Source: Octopus sinensis (lineage: Eukaryota). From it: a stretch of 64,000 nt of DNA. The stretch is taken from positions 1-64,000 of the forward strand of contig NW_021832997.1 of assembly GCF_006345805.1 (NCBI RefSeq), given 5' to 3'. The notes under the pieces were generated by a model that saw only the letters and a list, made by a program, of their open reading frames with translations, had not been told where the DNA came from and did no database searches. The position numbers were made by a program, and so were the translations under genes. Position 1 is the first letter of the stretch. The number at the start of each line of letters is the position of its first letter. This document shows positions 11,833 to 24,842 of the stretch, one piece after another.

Positions 11833-13384
11833 CGGGAAAAGTCAGTGGGCTTGCGGCTCGGCACCTGGAGAAGCAAGCCCATGCCGTCCAACAGTGTCTC
11901 CATCGTGGGACGCTGGACGGACGGACCGGTTAAATTGCTCGGGGTCTGGTTCGGTCCGGACCTCCAAATGGAGAAGAACTGGGGCGAGATAACGACTAGG
12001 GTGGCTACTCTCACCCAGAAGTGGACTGAGAGAAAGCTATCCCTAAAAGGTCGGGCGGAGGTGGCGAACGCGTACATCGCATCCGTCATCGAGTATCGTC
12101 TGACCGTCGTGCCTTGTCCCGACCCTACCATCACCAAACTGGAACGCATACTCTTCCGCTTCTTGTGGAAGGGAAACGTTCCGATGTTAGGCGATCATTT
12201 GCTTGCTGCCAACACCCGCTAAATGGAGGGCTGGGCATGCCGTGGTTGATGATGCGCAGACATGCGCTGAGACTGCGACATCTCCGGCGCTTCATAGACA
12301 ACGGTGGACAGGGGTTCGCCTTTGTGCGGCGCGCTTTCCCGCAGCTCGTCTCTTGGACGAACTACAGTCATGGATCAAGCAGAGACCGAGGCTAGGCGAA
12401 TGGCACCGCGAGTGTCGCGTTGCTCTCAAGCAACTCTGCCGTCCGGGATCGAACTTGTGCGACTCCATCACAACAAAGGCATTCTATAGAGGATTAGTGG
12501 AGGGGAGGTGCGACGACGAACTCGGGCAGAGTCTGGGCGTCGACGAGGAACACCTGACCCGCCTGTTCAGGACAACTTTCGGGCCGGGACCTATGAACAA
12601 TCACCAAAGATCCCTGGCCTGGCAGTGCTATCGAGAAGCATTACCTGTTCGGGATAAGCTCTACAGACACACTGGACCGACTTGCCCGAGATGCGGTCAG
12701 AGCGACGAAACCGTTCTGCACGCACTCGTGCAATGTCCAACCATTTCCGACCTGTGGGCTTATGCCGAACGGCTGCTGTCACGTGTGGGACGAATCCGCC
12801 GAGTCTATCGTGAGAATTGCTCCGCCCCCTTCCCTCAACCGGGAAGGCAAGGCAGTTTTCATCGTACTGGTGGCCATGGTGAAAGAATGTGTGTGGTGGA
12901 CTCGAGCGAAAGGATTAGAGACAAACACTTACCTCTCTGGCCAATCGCTCATCAACTTTTTCAAGTACCACTTGAAAAGGAAGGTGAGAATGGAGAGGGA
13001 AGTTTTGTCTCGCGAAAGATTAAAAAAAACGATGGGTGAATGTTGCAAAGATGGTGCGTGCTAGTAACGAAACCATTTTGAGCATGATCCTGTAGATCGT
13101 AAAAAAGAAAGAAAGAGAGCATTTTTGATCTCATGTGTTTATTTCCTCCCTGACTGGGGTTCCCGTGGTCTTTTCTGTAGGCTTTTCTTCCCACGGATGA
13201 ACCCAATCTTGTTATATCAATGTTTACATCATTATTTCTGTGATACACGATTTTCTTTTTTTTCCTCCTCTCGATCCCTTTTGATCGCAATCTTACATTT
13301 TTTTTTTCCACCCTCGAAAAGAAAAGCTCTGCATTTGTATTTGTCCCCTCTGTATTCAGCCCTGTGTGGCTAATAAAAGAAAGT
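11833..13384 (+). mobile_element. 5'-truncated Tx1/L1-clade LINE (ORF2 C-terminus with frameshifts, 3' UTR, AATAAA) inside a (TATC)n tract
   Basis: VKLLGVWFG, KLSLKGR, FRFLWKG, GGLGMP and CPRCGQSDETVLHALVQCP motifs typical of Tx1/L1 RT thumb and zf-RVT regions. Confidence 0.9.
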
Positions 13385-14971
13385 TATCTATATATCTGTC
13401 TATCTATCTATCTATCTGTCTATCTATCTGTTTATCTACCTGTCTGTGTGTGTGTCTTCTAGGATCTCGGGCATCTCTCCCCTGCTCTTTTATATCTAGT
13501 CCTTACGTTGTGTTTCCTCAACGCCTTGCAGGAGGAGAATGAAGTCCCGACCTGTTACCATTCTTGTGGCCAGTATAGAATATATTTTACCAGAACCGGT
13601 AGAGCATTGAATGGAATTGCCTTGTGTCAATTGTAATTATGATCCCCCTTTTTTTTATGTTCTGCTTTCAAACCCCAACCAAGGTGGACTTTGTCCTGTT
13701 TTTTTTCCCTTTTAATTCTTTATATTTTCTTTTATGTGGAATCGGTGGAACGTTGGAGAAAAATGCCATGTGGTATTTCTTCCGGCTGTTTCCATTCTGG
13801 TTTCACATCCCACCGAAGTCAACTTTGTCTTTCATCCCCTCCAGGGTCCTCAAAATAAAGTACCAGTCGAATACAGGGTTCGAAATAATCAACTGTGGCC
13901 CCTGCCACCCACTAATCGCTGGCCTTATGCCAAAATTTCAGGGTCAATAAACTATCTGTGAAATATTAGGGTCACTTGACTAAACATAACTTCACTCATA
14001 CTCAACCTGAGTGACACTGCCCTGTTCATCACTCATTTCCCTTCACTCATCTGCCAGTTGACTCTCACACTCCTGCAAACCTATTTCTTTACTACCCACA
14101 AGGGGCTAAACACAGAGAGGACAAACAAGGACAGACAAAGGGATTAAGCCGATTACATCGACCCCAGTGCGTAACTGGTACTTATTTAATCGACCCCGAA
14201 AGGATGAAAGGCAAAGTCGACCTCGGAGGAATTTGAACTCAGAACGTAGCGGCAGACGAAATAGATATTTCTTTACTACCTACAAGGGGCTAAATACAAA
14301 GGTGACAAATAAGGACAGACTGAGGGATTAAGTCGATTACATCGACTCCAGTGCGTTACTGGTACTTATTTAATCGACCTCGGCGGAATTTGAACCCAGA
14401 ACGTAGCACCAGACGAAATACTGCTAAGCATTTCGCCCAGCGTGCTAACGTTTCTGCCAGCTTGCCGCCTTAATTCTTTCTCAATATTCAAAGAGCTGGG
14501 GTCAATGTAATCCCTTTTCTGCTCTAGGTACAATGCCTGCAGAAACGTTAGCACGCCGGGCGAAATGCTTAGCGGTATTACGTCTGCGTTACGTTGTGAG
14601 TTCAAATTCCGCCGAGGTCGACTTTGCCTTTCATCCTTTCGGGGTCGATAAATTAAGTACCAGTTACGCACTGGGGTCGATGTAATCGACTTAATACCTA
14701 TGTCTGTCTTTGTTTGTCCCCTCTGTGTTTAGCCCCTTGTGGGTAATAAAGAAATAGGTACAATGCCTGAAATTTCGGGGTAGGAGGCCATTCGGGTACT
14801 ACTAGTGAAGACTGGACCTGGTGCGCACAGTCGCACGTAAGTAGCCGATCCTACAACGACTTGCGCGTATTCAAATGAGTTGATTTTACAGAATAAAATA
14901 AAAGAAAGTAAATAAAGTATTGTCCTCTTTTTGTTTAGCTTCTTGTGGGCAATAAAGGAATATATATTAAA

Positions 14972-15488
14972 CAGGAGTGGCTGTGTGGTAAGTAGCTTGC
15001 TTACCAACCACATGGTTCCGGGTTCATTCCCACTGCGTGGCATCTTGGGCAAGTGTCTTCTACTATAGCCCTGGGCCGACCATAGCCTTGTGAGTGGATT
15101 TGGTAGACGGAAACTGAAAGAAGCCTGTCGTATATATATATATATATGTATGCAGGAGTGGCTGTGTGGTAAGTAGCTTGCTTACCAACCACATGGTTCC
15201 GGGTTCAGTCCCACTGCGTGGCATCTTGGGCAAGTGTCTTCTACTATAGCCCTGGGCCGACCATAGCCTTGTGAGTGGATTTGGTAGACGGAAACTGAAA
15301 GAAGCCTGCTGCATGTGTGACGCAGGCATGGCTGTATGGTAAGAAGGCTGTCGTGTGTGTGGTGCAGGCGTGACTGTATGGCAAAGAAGCTTGCCTCCCA
15401 ACCACATGGTTCTGGGTTCAGTCCCATTGCATGGCATCAAAATCTTGTGAATGGATTTGGTAGATGGAAACTCAAAGAAGCCCGTCGT
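14972..15488 (+). mobile_element. Tandem SINE family B heads (two near-identical, one degenerate)
   Basis: Direct repeat of the head-to-GAAGCC segment. Confidence 0.85.
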
Positions 15489-16039
15489 ATATCTGTATTA
15501 TTTTTGTCGTCCCCCCACCCCCACAAAAAAGTTCGTTTCTCGTTGTGTTCAATGTTTTTTTTTTATGTCTTGTACCCATACATGCATGTATATGTACATA
15601 TTTACGTAGGTATGTATGTATTTATTTATATTATATATGTGTGGTTTTTAGGGGAGTCTGGATGCAAAAGCATTTTGCTTTGAATAGAAGCGAAAGCAAA
15701 ACTGGGTTGAAGAAAAAAAACCCATTTTGAGAGAAAAAGTTCTAGGATGTTGTGGGAATAATGGTAGAATGTCTCTTATGTCTAATTCCACGGGCAGCCT
15801 TCAATTTTTCTTCTTTTTTTTTTTAAACTTAAATATGTCATTTTTTACACAATTTTTCAGTGTTGTAAGCTGGCCCGGTCGTTTAGCGCGTCGGACGGAA
15901 TGCTTAGTTGTATTTCGTCCGCCGTGACGTCCTGCGGAGGTTCGCTTCCCCGGGACGTCTTTGCGGTCGGAGTACTTCTGAGCATTTTCGTTTGGTGCGC
16001 TAAACTGGCAGGCTCGTCGCCTTTTCGATCCCCTTTTGC

Positions 16040-16170
16040 ATTTGACCTAGTTTAGCTGACCCAGCTTATCGACCCCTAAATCGATAATGACTAAGAGGAA
16101 GTGACGTCAGGGACAGTGCCGGAAACTGAAACAAACATCTATTGGAAGGAAGTCTGTTCTTCGCAGAACT
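16040..16170 (+). promoter_or_regulatory. Candidate promoter P1 (mirror copy about 32160-32290, minus strand)
   Basis: CpG-richer island with perfect CRE TGACGTCA (16102-16109), ETS-like GGAAGT and CCGGAA, ATCGATAA; preserved in the inverted copy (CRE 32219-32226). Confidence 0.45.
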
Positions 16171-16248
16171 TCGTGTTTGGTACACCCTCATGGAACTTTA
16201 CCTTTTAATTATGTTTTTAAGTAGAAGTCTGTCTTGTATTGATGTCAG

Positions 16249-16362
16249 GTGGCAGAGACGGAGCCAGAGAGTTTAACAAATAGTGAAGAAAGGAAAATAT
16301 ATATTTGGTTGTCAATGGGCAACCTGTGGCCTGACGAGGACTCCCAAACGAAAAGTTACGAG
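16249..16362 (+). other. Candidate 114-nt exon downstream of P1 (probably 5' UTR; frame open: VAETEPESLTNSEERKIYIWLSMGNLWPDEDSQTKSYE)
   Basis: Acceptor TGTCAG| and donor GAG|GTAAGG; the mirror copy at about 31969-32079 has frame-breaking indels. Confidence 0.35.
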
Positions 16363-16429
16363 GTAAGGCCATTACGTTTTATTGCGCATACATACACACA
16401 TATATATAATAATTATATTAATGAAATTG

Positions 16430-16740
16430 TTGTATACAGTGCTCAGGTGCCCCACAACTTGTCAAAAGTGCGTATAAAGCATCTGCAGTAATGTAGAAAT
16501 GTCTGGGGAGTAAACAGTGTACGAGTCAGATAGATGCTTGCTTGTGTATGGAGGGGAGGAGAAGATCAGGTGTAGTGTTGGCGAATCTCAGGAAATTTTC
16601 AAGGATGCAGTGCTCCAACAACTGATGCCGGCAGTTTGTTCCATGCTTCAGCAACTCTAAGCGTGAAAAAATGTTTCCTAACGTCATGGAAGGAGCTGTG
16701 CTGTTTTATGACTTTGTAAACATGTCCACGGGTGTGGACA
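16430..16740 (-). mobile_element. CR1/L2-type LINE 3' end (mirror copy about 31600-31900, +)
   Basis: RKHFFTLRVAEAWNKLPASVV, the canonical CR1-group C-terminal motif. Confidence 0.8.
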
Positions 16741-16759
16741 TATGTGTGTGTGTCTATAC

Positions 16760-16938
16760 CAGTGCTTTTCAAACTTTTTGCTGGAGCGGAACCCCAAGGA
16801 AACATTCCACTGGCTCGAGGAACCCCTGTGCAATAATTCAATAGTCTTATGCACACATATCTGCACGGGAGACTTAAAAATTACCGCCGATTTTAGCAGT
16901 TTTGTAACTCCCTGCGGAACCTTGGTTGAAAACCACTA
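16760..16938. mobile_element. hAT-type MITE (related copies 25914-26068, 31378-31578, 41415-41562)
   Basis: CAGTG(G/C)TTTTCAA...TTGAAAACCACTG termini; near 8-bp target duplication ATATAGAG/ATATAGGA at the 25.9 kb copy. Confidence 0.75.
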
Positions 16939-17280
16939 GTATATATACATATACACTAATAAGGTTTATTTATATGAATATGTGGAGGTGTATGTATAAA
17001 TAGCTTTAGATATAAATATCTAATTATTCCAGTTTATCATTGGGGTGTTACTTCATTTTCTTCTTAGCAATAATCTCTATTCATTCTAAACACTAATTGA
17101 AGCACCCATAAGGAACCTACACGTGTGTCTGGATATTTATAACTACCTGTACGTGTATATCTTGGTGGATTAAAATTTATCTAAACATTAACACGACATG
17201 TTTGTCCCATAAGAGCCAGAATAACACCCATTGTAACTTTAATAAACTCATGGTTTTTAGGTTAAAATTTTACAACTTAA

Positions 17281-17870
17281 TCTCTCTCTATATATAAAGC
17301 TGAAGTTGTCCGTGTATGGCAGCCTTCAACTAACACTATCTCCTCCGAGACCCTGTGGGGCAAGTTGACCAAAATTGAGAGTATGATAGAAGAAGGCTTG
17401 CTCTTCATTCCGTAGAAGATAAAATTCAAATCAGACCATGTTAACACCAAAAACTATTTACGTCAAAAAGGTGCTTTTTGGCAATCTTTCGTCTCTAGTA
17501 GACCTTTCCGTAAAAAAATTTTTTTATACATATGGGCTTGCGGGAACTTTTGAAGTAATGAGAGCGAAAGAGACTAAGAGAAAGCGATTGTATGAGGAGG
17601 GAAGTTCTTTTGAAGTTACCGTGCATGGCAAGCATTGATGTACATGTGTGTTTGATGGGGTGTGGGAGACAGACAGTATGTTGTGTAAGTGAAGTGCTTC
17701 TGTTAGTGTGTGTGAAGAGACAGAGTAATGTGTGAAAGAAAGAGATAACTGAAATTTTTTACTCGGTGTATGTGTATATGTATCTATCTATGTGTGTATG
17801 TATGTATATTACTTCAAAAGTTTAATTGCTCATGTATATTTGTGTAAGTACTGTATATGAATGTGTATAC
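17281..17870 (+). mobile_element. Helitron-like element, 5' portion (mirror copy about 30250-31062, -)
   Basis: TCTCTCTCTATATATAAAG 5' end; internal CAAGTTGACCAAAATTGAGAG block shared with the other Helitron pieces. Confidence 0.65.
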
Positions 17871-18644
17871 ACAAAAATAGATACAGCCACATAAACACAT
17901 ACATAGGATCTTTTCGGTTTGAACAGCAGTTTTTTAAATAATTTCCACTTTTAAACTTCGTCCGCTAAGTGGTCACTGGACGTGCTAGAAATAGCAGCCG
18001 AATATCTCGAATTACCATATTTTAACGTATATAAGGAACCCCCAAATTTTGGGAAAAAGGTTCTGTAAGAGATTATAATACTAAGATCATTTCGGTTTGA
18101 CCGGCAGTTTTTTTTAACATAATTTCCTCGTAACTAAACACTTTTAAACTTCGTATTCTGGTAGAATGTGTTTATAAAACATCTTTTTCTCTTGGCTTTA
18201 TTGAGAAAATTCTATAGTTTGTAAGATATTTGCTGGGTTTTTTTCTCAATTTCAACCAATCAATGGCGTCTATTGAGGTGAATTCAATTTCTATACATAT
18301 TATACAAGCACACATATATATAAACTACAATCTGAAAACAAAATCAAGAAATGCATACACACATAATATTGTCATAGCAACCGTTACACAAATATCTCTC
18401 TCTTTTACTTGTTTCATTCATTTGACTGCGGCCATGCTGGAGCACCGCCTTTAGTCGAACAAATCGACCCCCAGGACTTATTCTATCGGTCTCATTTGCC
18501 GAACCGCTAAAGTGACGGGGACGCAAACACGCCAGCATCGGTTGTCAAGCAATGCTAGGGGGACAAACACACATACATATATATATACATATATACAACA
18601 GGTTTCTTTCAGTTTCCGTCTACCAAATCCACTCACGAGGCATT

Positions 18645-18900
18645 GGTGACGTTGATATCATTGGCTGATGGAAAAGCGGTAGTGACGTCAGGCGACCAGT
18701 GACCGAGCCTGCGCCTGTAAAACATTCTTTTCTTCGGCGGTCGGAAACCTTCGGGGTTCGATCCCAGTCTCCCGTACCCACCGAGGGACCTGATATTTTT
18801 CTGTTTGTCTGAATAAGGAACAAGTTGTCCTTTCTCTTCTCTGTCGATGTCCTGACAAAGCCAGGAGGCATTTTTCTAGGTGAGGCCATAACATTATTAT
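18645..18900 (+). promoter_or_regulatory. Candidate promoter P2 and first exon (mirror copy about 29975-30190, minus strand, pointing at ZNF-B)
   Basis: ATTGG (CCAAT box), perfect CRE TGACGTCA at 18683-18690 (mirror 30146-30153), CpG-rich, candidate donor CTAG|GTGAGG. Confidence 0.45.
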
Positions 18901-20726
18901 TCATCTCTTCCCAACGCAAGTTCTTTGGCGAGGAATAGAACATGTCCCGGGGCGATCCTTCGGTATAGGTACCGGAAAGTGGCTTTGTTTACATTTCTGA
19001 AGATAACAGAAACCCTTTTCTCCCAACCCTAACCCCTTATATACTCTTTTACTTGTTTCGGTCATTTTGACTGCGGCCATGCTGGAGCACCGCCTTTAAT
19101 CGAGCAACTCGACCCCGGGACTTATTCTTTGTAAGCCCAGTACTTATTCCATCGATCTCTTTTTTCCGAACCGCTAAGTAACGGAGACATAAACACACCA
19201 GCATCGGTTGTCAAGCAATGCTAGAGGGACAAACACACACACGCATATATACGATAGGCTTCTTTCAGTTTCCGTCTACCAAATCCACTCACAAGGCTTT
19301 GGTCGGCCCGGGGCTATAGTAGAAGACACTCGCCCAAGGTGCCACGCAGTGGGACTGAACCCGGAACCATGTGGTTGGTTAGCAAGCTACTTACCACACA
19401 GCCACTCCTGCGCCTATATATATATATATATATAAAAAAAAAGCACTTTCTTGAAATGTATTCGGTACTTATTACCGAAGTCACGCCCGTCTTCCATTTG
19501 TTCGGTTATGCTGGGGCACCATCTTCGAGAAGTTGAAAAAATTGACCCTTGTACTTCTTTTTTTAAAGCCTAGTATTTATTCTATCGCTCTCTTTGCTGA
19601 ACTGCTAATCTTCAGGGACGTAAACACACCAACACCGGTGGACAAGCGATAGTAAGACACACACATGTATATACGACAAGCTGAATCAAGTAGAAGATAC
19701 ACTGAACATCACTTCTATTCATTCAGCTACACGTATTTTTAAGAGTCCATCCTTGCCCCTCCTTTACAAAATACGAAGGATGTGGTGTAGTCAGTAAATA
19801 TGGAGACTTTTTTGAAGTTGTACTAAGTAATTTTGGCACAAGGCCAGCAATTTCGGGGGGTGGGAGCTAGTTGATTAAACTGACCCCTCCCCCTTCTGTT
19901 TTAAGATGAAATACCGCTAAGCATTTCGCCCGGCGTTCTAATGTTTCTGCCAGTCCGCCGCCTTTGATATATAGATACCAGGTGAGAATGCAATCGATAA
20001 GGCCGTTTTTGTCCTGCTTTTCTTCCGTCAACCTGTACATAACAGCACCTTCCATTTTTTGTACTGCTTAAAGGCACGTTTCTTTCCTTCCAAGCTTACT
20101 GTTTAAACCATGTTTGTGTTCTCCCAGTCAACAGCCTTATCATTACTGCTACTTTAAACTCTTCGGTTGCATATTTGTGTGAATAAAATCGTTTGGAACA
20201 GAAAAAAAAAGTCTATCTTTATTTCTTCTTTTGCTGGTGTCTCAAATTTAGGTTAAATCATTGTTTCTCAAAGGGGGAGGCCTGTTGGACAAGTTGTTTT
20301 GAGAAAATTTGGTTTAAAAGTTTGACAACTCGGCACTGTCCATTGGACGGAGGGGGGCGTTTTGCTCGTATATATATATATGTTATAATTTAGAAGAAAC
20401 AGTAAGAAGTTGTCATAGTATTCGGAGTTTCAAATGTCAAAGCTAAGAGATATGATGCATTCTTGAATACTATAACAACCTTTCCCTGTTTGTTCTAAAT
20501 TATAACATATATAAATATTCCTCTATTTATTGTTGTTACTTTTTAATATATATATATATATAGAGAGAGAGAGGTGTGCATTCAAAGCAAATTTACAAAA
20601 CCAGTATGCTTCAACAATAATGACTTTTATTCCTACCTCGGTTCATCTGATTGTATATATATCTATCGTTACTGTGCAGTTTCTTCTTACTTCCCCTGAC
20701 ATTTCCACGTGTAGTTTCTATATATA

Positions 20727-21080
20727 CTAGCAGTATCGCCCGGCGTTCCTCGGGTTTGTTTTGGAACTTTTGAAAAGTAAAAAGTTTGCATTATGTAGCT
20801 TGTTATTCTCTTTAGGTGAACATTTTTCTGGTTGAAATACACCGAAAAATGGTGACACAGCAGTAAAAAAAAATAGGGATTTTCATAGACAAAAAAAGCA
20901 CCTTTTTGATGTTAACATGGTCCGATTTGAATTTTTGCCTTCTTCTATCATACTCTCAATTTTGGTCAACTTGCGCCACAGGGTGTATATTGTTGTATTT
21001 CGGAATGGTCATTTTGCCTATGAAAACACACGCACTATATATTTGGTGTTACTTTGCTTCAATGTTATTTATTTTTTACA
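20727..21080 (-). mobile_element. Helitron-like 3' portion (inverted partner about 28150-28460; third copy about 34640-34790)
   Basis: CTAG-CAGTATCGCCCGGCGTT.CTCGGG terminus. Confidence 0.75.
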
Positions 21081-21304
21081 TCGACTGGCCTCCGTGCTAT
21101 GGGCACGTAACAAACACCATCGGAGCGTGGCCGTCTGCCAGCCTCATAAACTAACCCACTACACTCTCGGAGTGGTTGGCGTTAGGAAGGGCATCCAGCT
21201 GTAGAAACACTGCCAGATCTGACTGGCCTGGTGCAGCCTTCGGGCTCCCCAGTTGAACCGTCCAACCCATGCTAGCATGGAAAGCGGACGTTAAATGATG
21301 ATGA
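21081..21304 (+). mobile_element. SINE family D with RTE-like (ATG)n tail (also about 33913-34060, 42410-42705, 44670-45140)
   Basis: CACTACACTCTCGGAGTGGTTGGCGTTAGGAAGGGCATCCAGCTGTAGAAAC...GGAAAGCGGACGTTAAATGATGATG. Confidence 0.8.
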
Positions 21305-22380
21305 TTAATCTTATTTCGGCCAGAGTTCTTTCGTCACACTCCTGTGACCGCATCGGTGGTCCTTTGTTTTCTTATTTGTGTCTCTCCTTACTAACGTCAG
21401 CCATTTTGTATGTCTTCATTTGCGCATGCTTATATCTCTCGTTCATGTGTTTACATCCGTATGTATAACAACAATAATAGTAATAATAAATCAAAAAAAA
21501 AAAAATTAAATATTTGTTTATATTGTAACCAGTTTGTGGGGATCCTCTACCATCATATGTTGTAGTGGGTGCTAGTGTTCCTATTCAGGTTAGGTTTGTC
21601 TTCTATTATGTGTGTAGCGTCTGATTGATTCGGCATGTTGGTACAGAATAGATGAGCGTTTACCCACTCTTCTTGCCGTTTCCCCTACGTATGTCGTTGT
21701 CTTATTACTGCATCGTCCCTCTATACAGCTTATACTATAGACTACATTTCTGGCTTTACAGTTTGTTTGTGGGCTAAATCTACATATAGTACAGTACTTA
21801 TCCGTACAGGGGGTTCTACCAATTATAGATTTGCTTGGCTTTTCAACAACCTTAATCCTTAGCTTAAGTTTGTCCAGGGTCCTTCTAAAGCGGTATGCCA
21901 GTTCGCCTCCAGGGGTGGTGTCAACGAACATGTCACTCTAGTATTTATGGCGAGCATACCGAGAGGTGGCCTTCCCTATTTTCTTTTTTTGTCCTATCTA
22001 TAGTGTTCCATGACTTGTACCTATAGAGTGGGCAAATTCCATTCCTATCATTACATGATATATTATCAAATTTCTTTATGGCTGTAACCTGAGAACTGCA
22101 TGCAGTGAATGAAATATTGTATGTGTCTCTCTAGGCTTGCACATGCGTGACACAGAGTTCGGTGTCTAGTACTCTATTGTGGCGATAATACTCTGGTGGA
22201 TGGAGTTAGCTATTTGCTCTCCATATTATTAGTTTCTATTTCAAAAGTACTCTTTTGTGGGGGTGCCTTTACCACTATTTTGATATCATCAACATAGCGA
22301 TAGTAGATGTTCACTTTCTTTACCTGATGGTCATTTGTGGGGGGGTCCGTATGGCTCTGGTCCATCCGCGCCATATATAT
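21305..22380 (-). mobile_element. Penelope-like element remnant (GIY-YIG and RT fragments, internally deleted)
   Basis: RNVVYSISC...YVGETAR (GIY-YIG) at 21590-21931 and YRYVDDI (RT) near 22.3 kb. Confidence 0.85.
21318..21362 (-). ncRNA. Degenerate minimal type-I hammerhead motif in the Penelope-like terminal repeat (also 34807-34851 -, partial 28087-28124 +)
   Basis: GGACCA-C(C/T)GATGC-G-GTCACA GGAG TGTGAC-GAAA-GAAC-TC^TGGCC; stems I and II pair; core differs at A9 (and U4 in two copies). Confidence 0.55.
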
Positions 22381-24842
22381 ATATATTTGCTGATCCCAGT
22401 AGACTGATGGGAGGAATGCTTGCAACATTCCAGACTCTGCTAAATTTACACTAAGGGAATATTAACCAAGGTGGACATAGCAAATGTAAATACAACAACA
22501 AAATATTTCCTCTTTTATTTATTTCAAAATCATTCAATCTGTCACATAGCATGTTTCAGTGGACAATGATGCTGTCAGTCTGCAATATCTTCTCCTCCTT
22601 CACTAGAGAAATGGAACAGTGGCAGAGATGAATTTCGATGGTAGTTATTTGTAGAAATGACTTGTGGGAGGTGTTAGAGAAATAAATCCAAAGACCAAGT
22701 ATTCAGCAGTGAATCAAAGGCTAATTAACTAATATTATATAATAATCATGGCAGGGGATGAGATGATTACATCAACCCCAGTTCTTGACTGGTACTTAAT
22801 TCATTGAACTTAAAGATGGACGAATTGACACTTAACATTTTTATCTGGTTCCAATCTTAGTGATAATAATCCTTTCTAATATAGGCACAAGGCCTGGAAT
22901 TTGTGGAGGGGAGGGTAGTTGATCCCTGTTCTTGGCTGGTACCTAATTTATCTTATCAGGATGAAAGGCAATATTGACCGTTAAGGATAAGAAGAAATGC
23001 CATTTAGCATTCACCTGGCACGCTAATGATTCCGCCACCTTAATAGTAACCCTTTTTAATATAGGTACAGGGCCTGAAATTTGGGGAGGGAGAGTTGATT
23101 AAATCAACCCTAGTGTTTCATTAGTACTTAATTTGGTGGTATTGGAACATAGCAACGGATGGAATACCACTAAGCATTTTATCTGTTAGCTTGTCGCTTT
23201 ATTGATGATAACAACTTATAAGGAATATTTTGTAAAGAGAATTAAGGACAAACAATCATTATAGGATGATGTGCTGTGTGTGTCTTTGAAGATAAGTGTA
23301 AGTACCTTTCATTAACAACCCAGCCCTGTACTACAAATGTCTTGTCTTCAAAAGTTCCGAGTATAAAATCTTCCACTAAACCTTAGTCACAATTTATGTT
23401 CCTAACACTAGCTGAAATTCTTTGTTATATTTAAAATTGGTTGAAAGATACAGTAGAGGAACAATTCTTAACACCACCTCTGGCTCAGTAGTACATATCT
23501 CTTGTTTTGATTTAAAATCATGGAAACTTTAAAGTGTGAATGTATTAGGCTGTCAAGAAAGGTCCTGTGGAAATTTTGACTTTATTTATCATTTTAAAAC
23601 CCCGTTTTCCACTCTTTTCGAATAGTGAGGCCGTTTTTTTTCTGGAACACAATGTGGTCAAAAGGCAATTTTACACAATTTTCTTATTCCAGTTCTAGCT
23701 TGGCCAAGGAACAGCTCGTAATGTCAATGCTGCGTTTGGCCCAGTTTCCACCACACGAATTGATTAACAACCAAAACGCTGTTTTGAAGTGTTGTCTTCC
23801 CTTCTTTTATGTAACAAGAATGACCGGATTGTGACAGTCAGCTCAGTGGTTGGATGCTGACGAAGCTCCACGGCACTTCCCGAAGCCAAAGTCGCCCCAA
23901 CAGAAGGTCATGGGTCTCATGGATCACAGCTTTTTGGATCCAGGGGGAGAGGTACTGTCAGCAAATGGATGAATTGCATAAGAAACTCTGACAACAACAG
24001 CCAGCATTGGTCAATAGAAAGGGACCATGGCTACACTGTTTATTTCTAAAGTTTTGTGTGCATCTGAATTTAAAGGTTCAAAATCACATGAACTTTCTTG
24101 ACAACCTAGTGTGTGTGTATGTATTGGTTTACAAGATTCTTTTTGTGTATTGAAGCGTATTTTATGGTCTGGCAAGTGTCTTCTACTATAGCCTTGTGAG
24201 TGGATTTGGTAGACAGAAGCCTGTTGTGTGTATATATGTTTACGTCCCGGTAACTTAGCACTTTGGCAAATGAGACCAATAGAATAAGTCCTGGGGTCGA
24301 CTAAACACGGTGCTCCAACATGGTCAAAGAGATTTAGCTATTTGGAATTTTTATATATGTGTGTGGTTATTAATTATGTTCCTCTACTTTCGCTTGCATT
24401 ACCTCCATTCAGATTATTAGGCGGAATATAGCTCAGTTGGAGCACTAAAACTCCTGTCTGTATTTTATAATAATATATATGGATACTTATATACAGACTC
24501 GTGCACAATTAAGCTAGCAGTACCGAGTCGTAAAACATATCTGTAATACAATAATGATGTTGTTCTTACCTGTTATATGGGATTGTAAATATGTTTGCAA
24601 ATTTTTTTTATTTTAATAAATGTTGCTACAACTTATAGATGATTTTTTTTTTTTTTATGACTTCATTGCTGACTAAACAAATACAGACTTAGAAAATGTA
24701 TGGTTTACCTTTTAAAACACCTGCTGCTGTCTACCTTGTAACAAGGATCATACTTACTGGGTGTGCCTCTGACACAATATATATTGTTATAAAATGTAAT
24801 ACATACACACACTGGACATCACTGCAGATGGCCAAGCGGTAT

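Larger units (their letters stand above)
13975..21590 (+). repeat. Left arm of a large inverted segmental duplication (partner about 27780-33175)
   Basis: Colinear reverse-complement matches: 13975-14110/33040-33175, 15440-17860/30490-32860, 18400-19737/29085-30200, 20645-21590/27780-28537. Confidence 0.9.
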
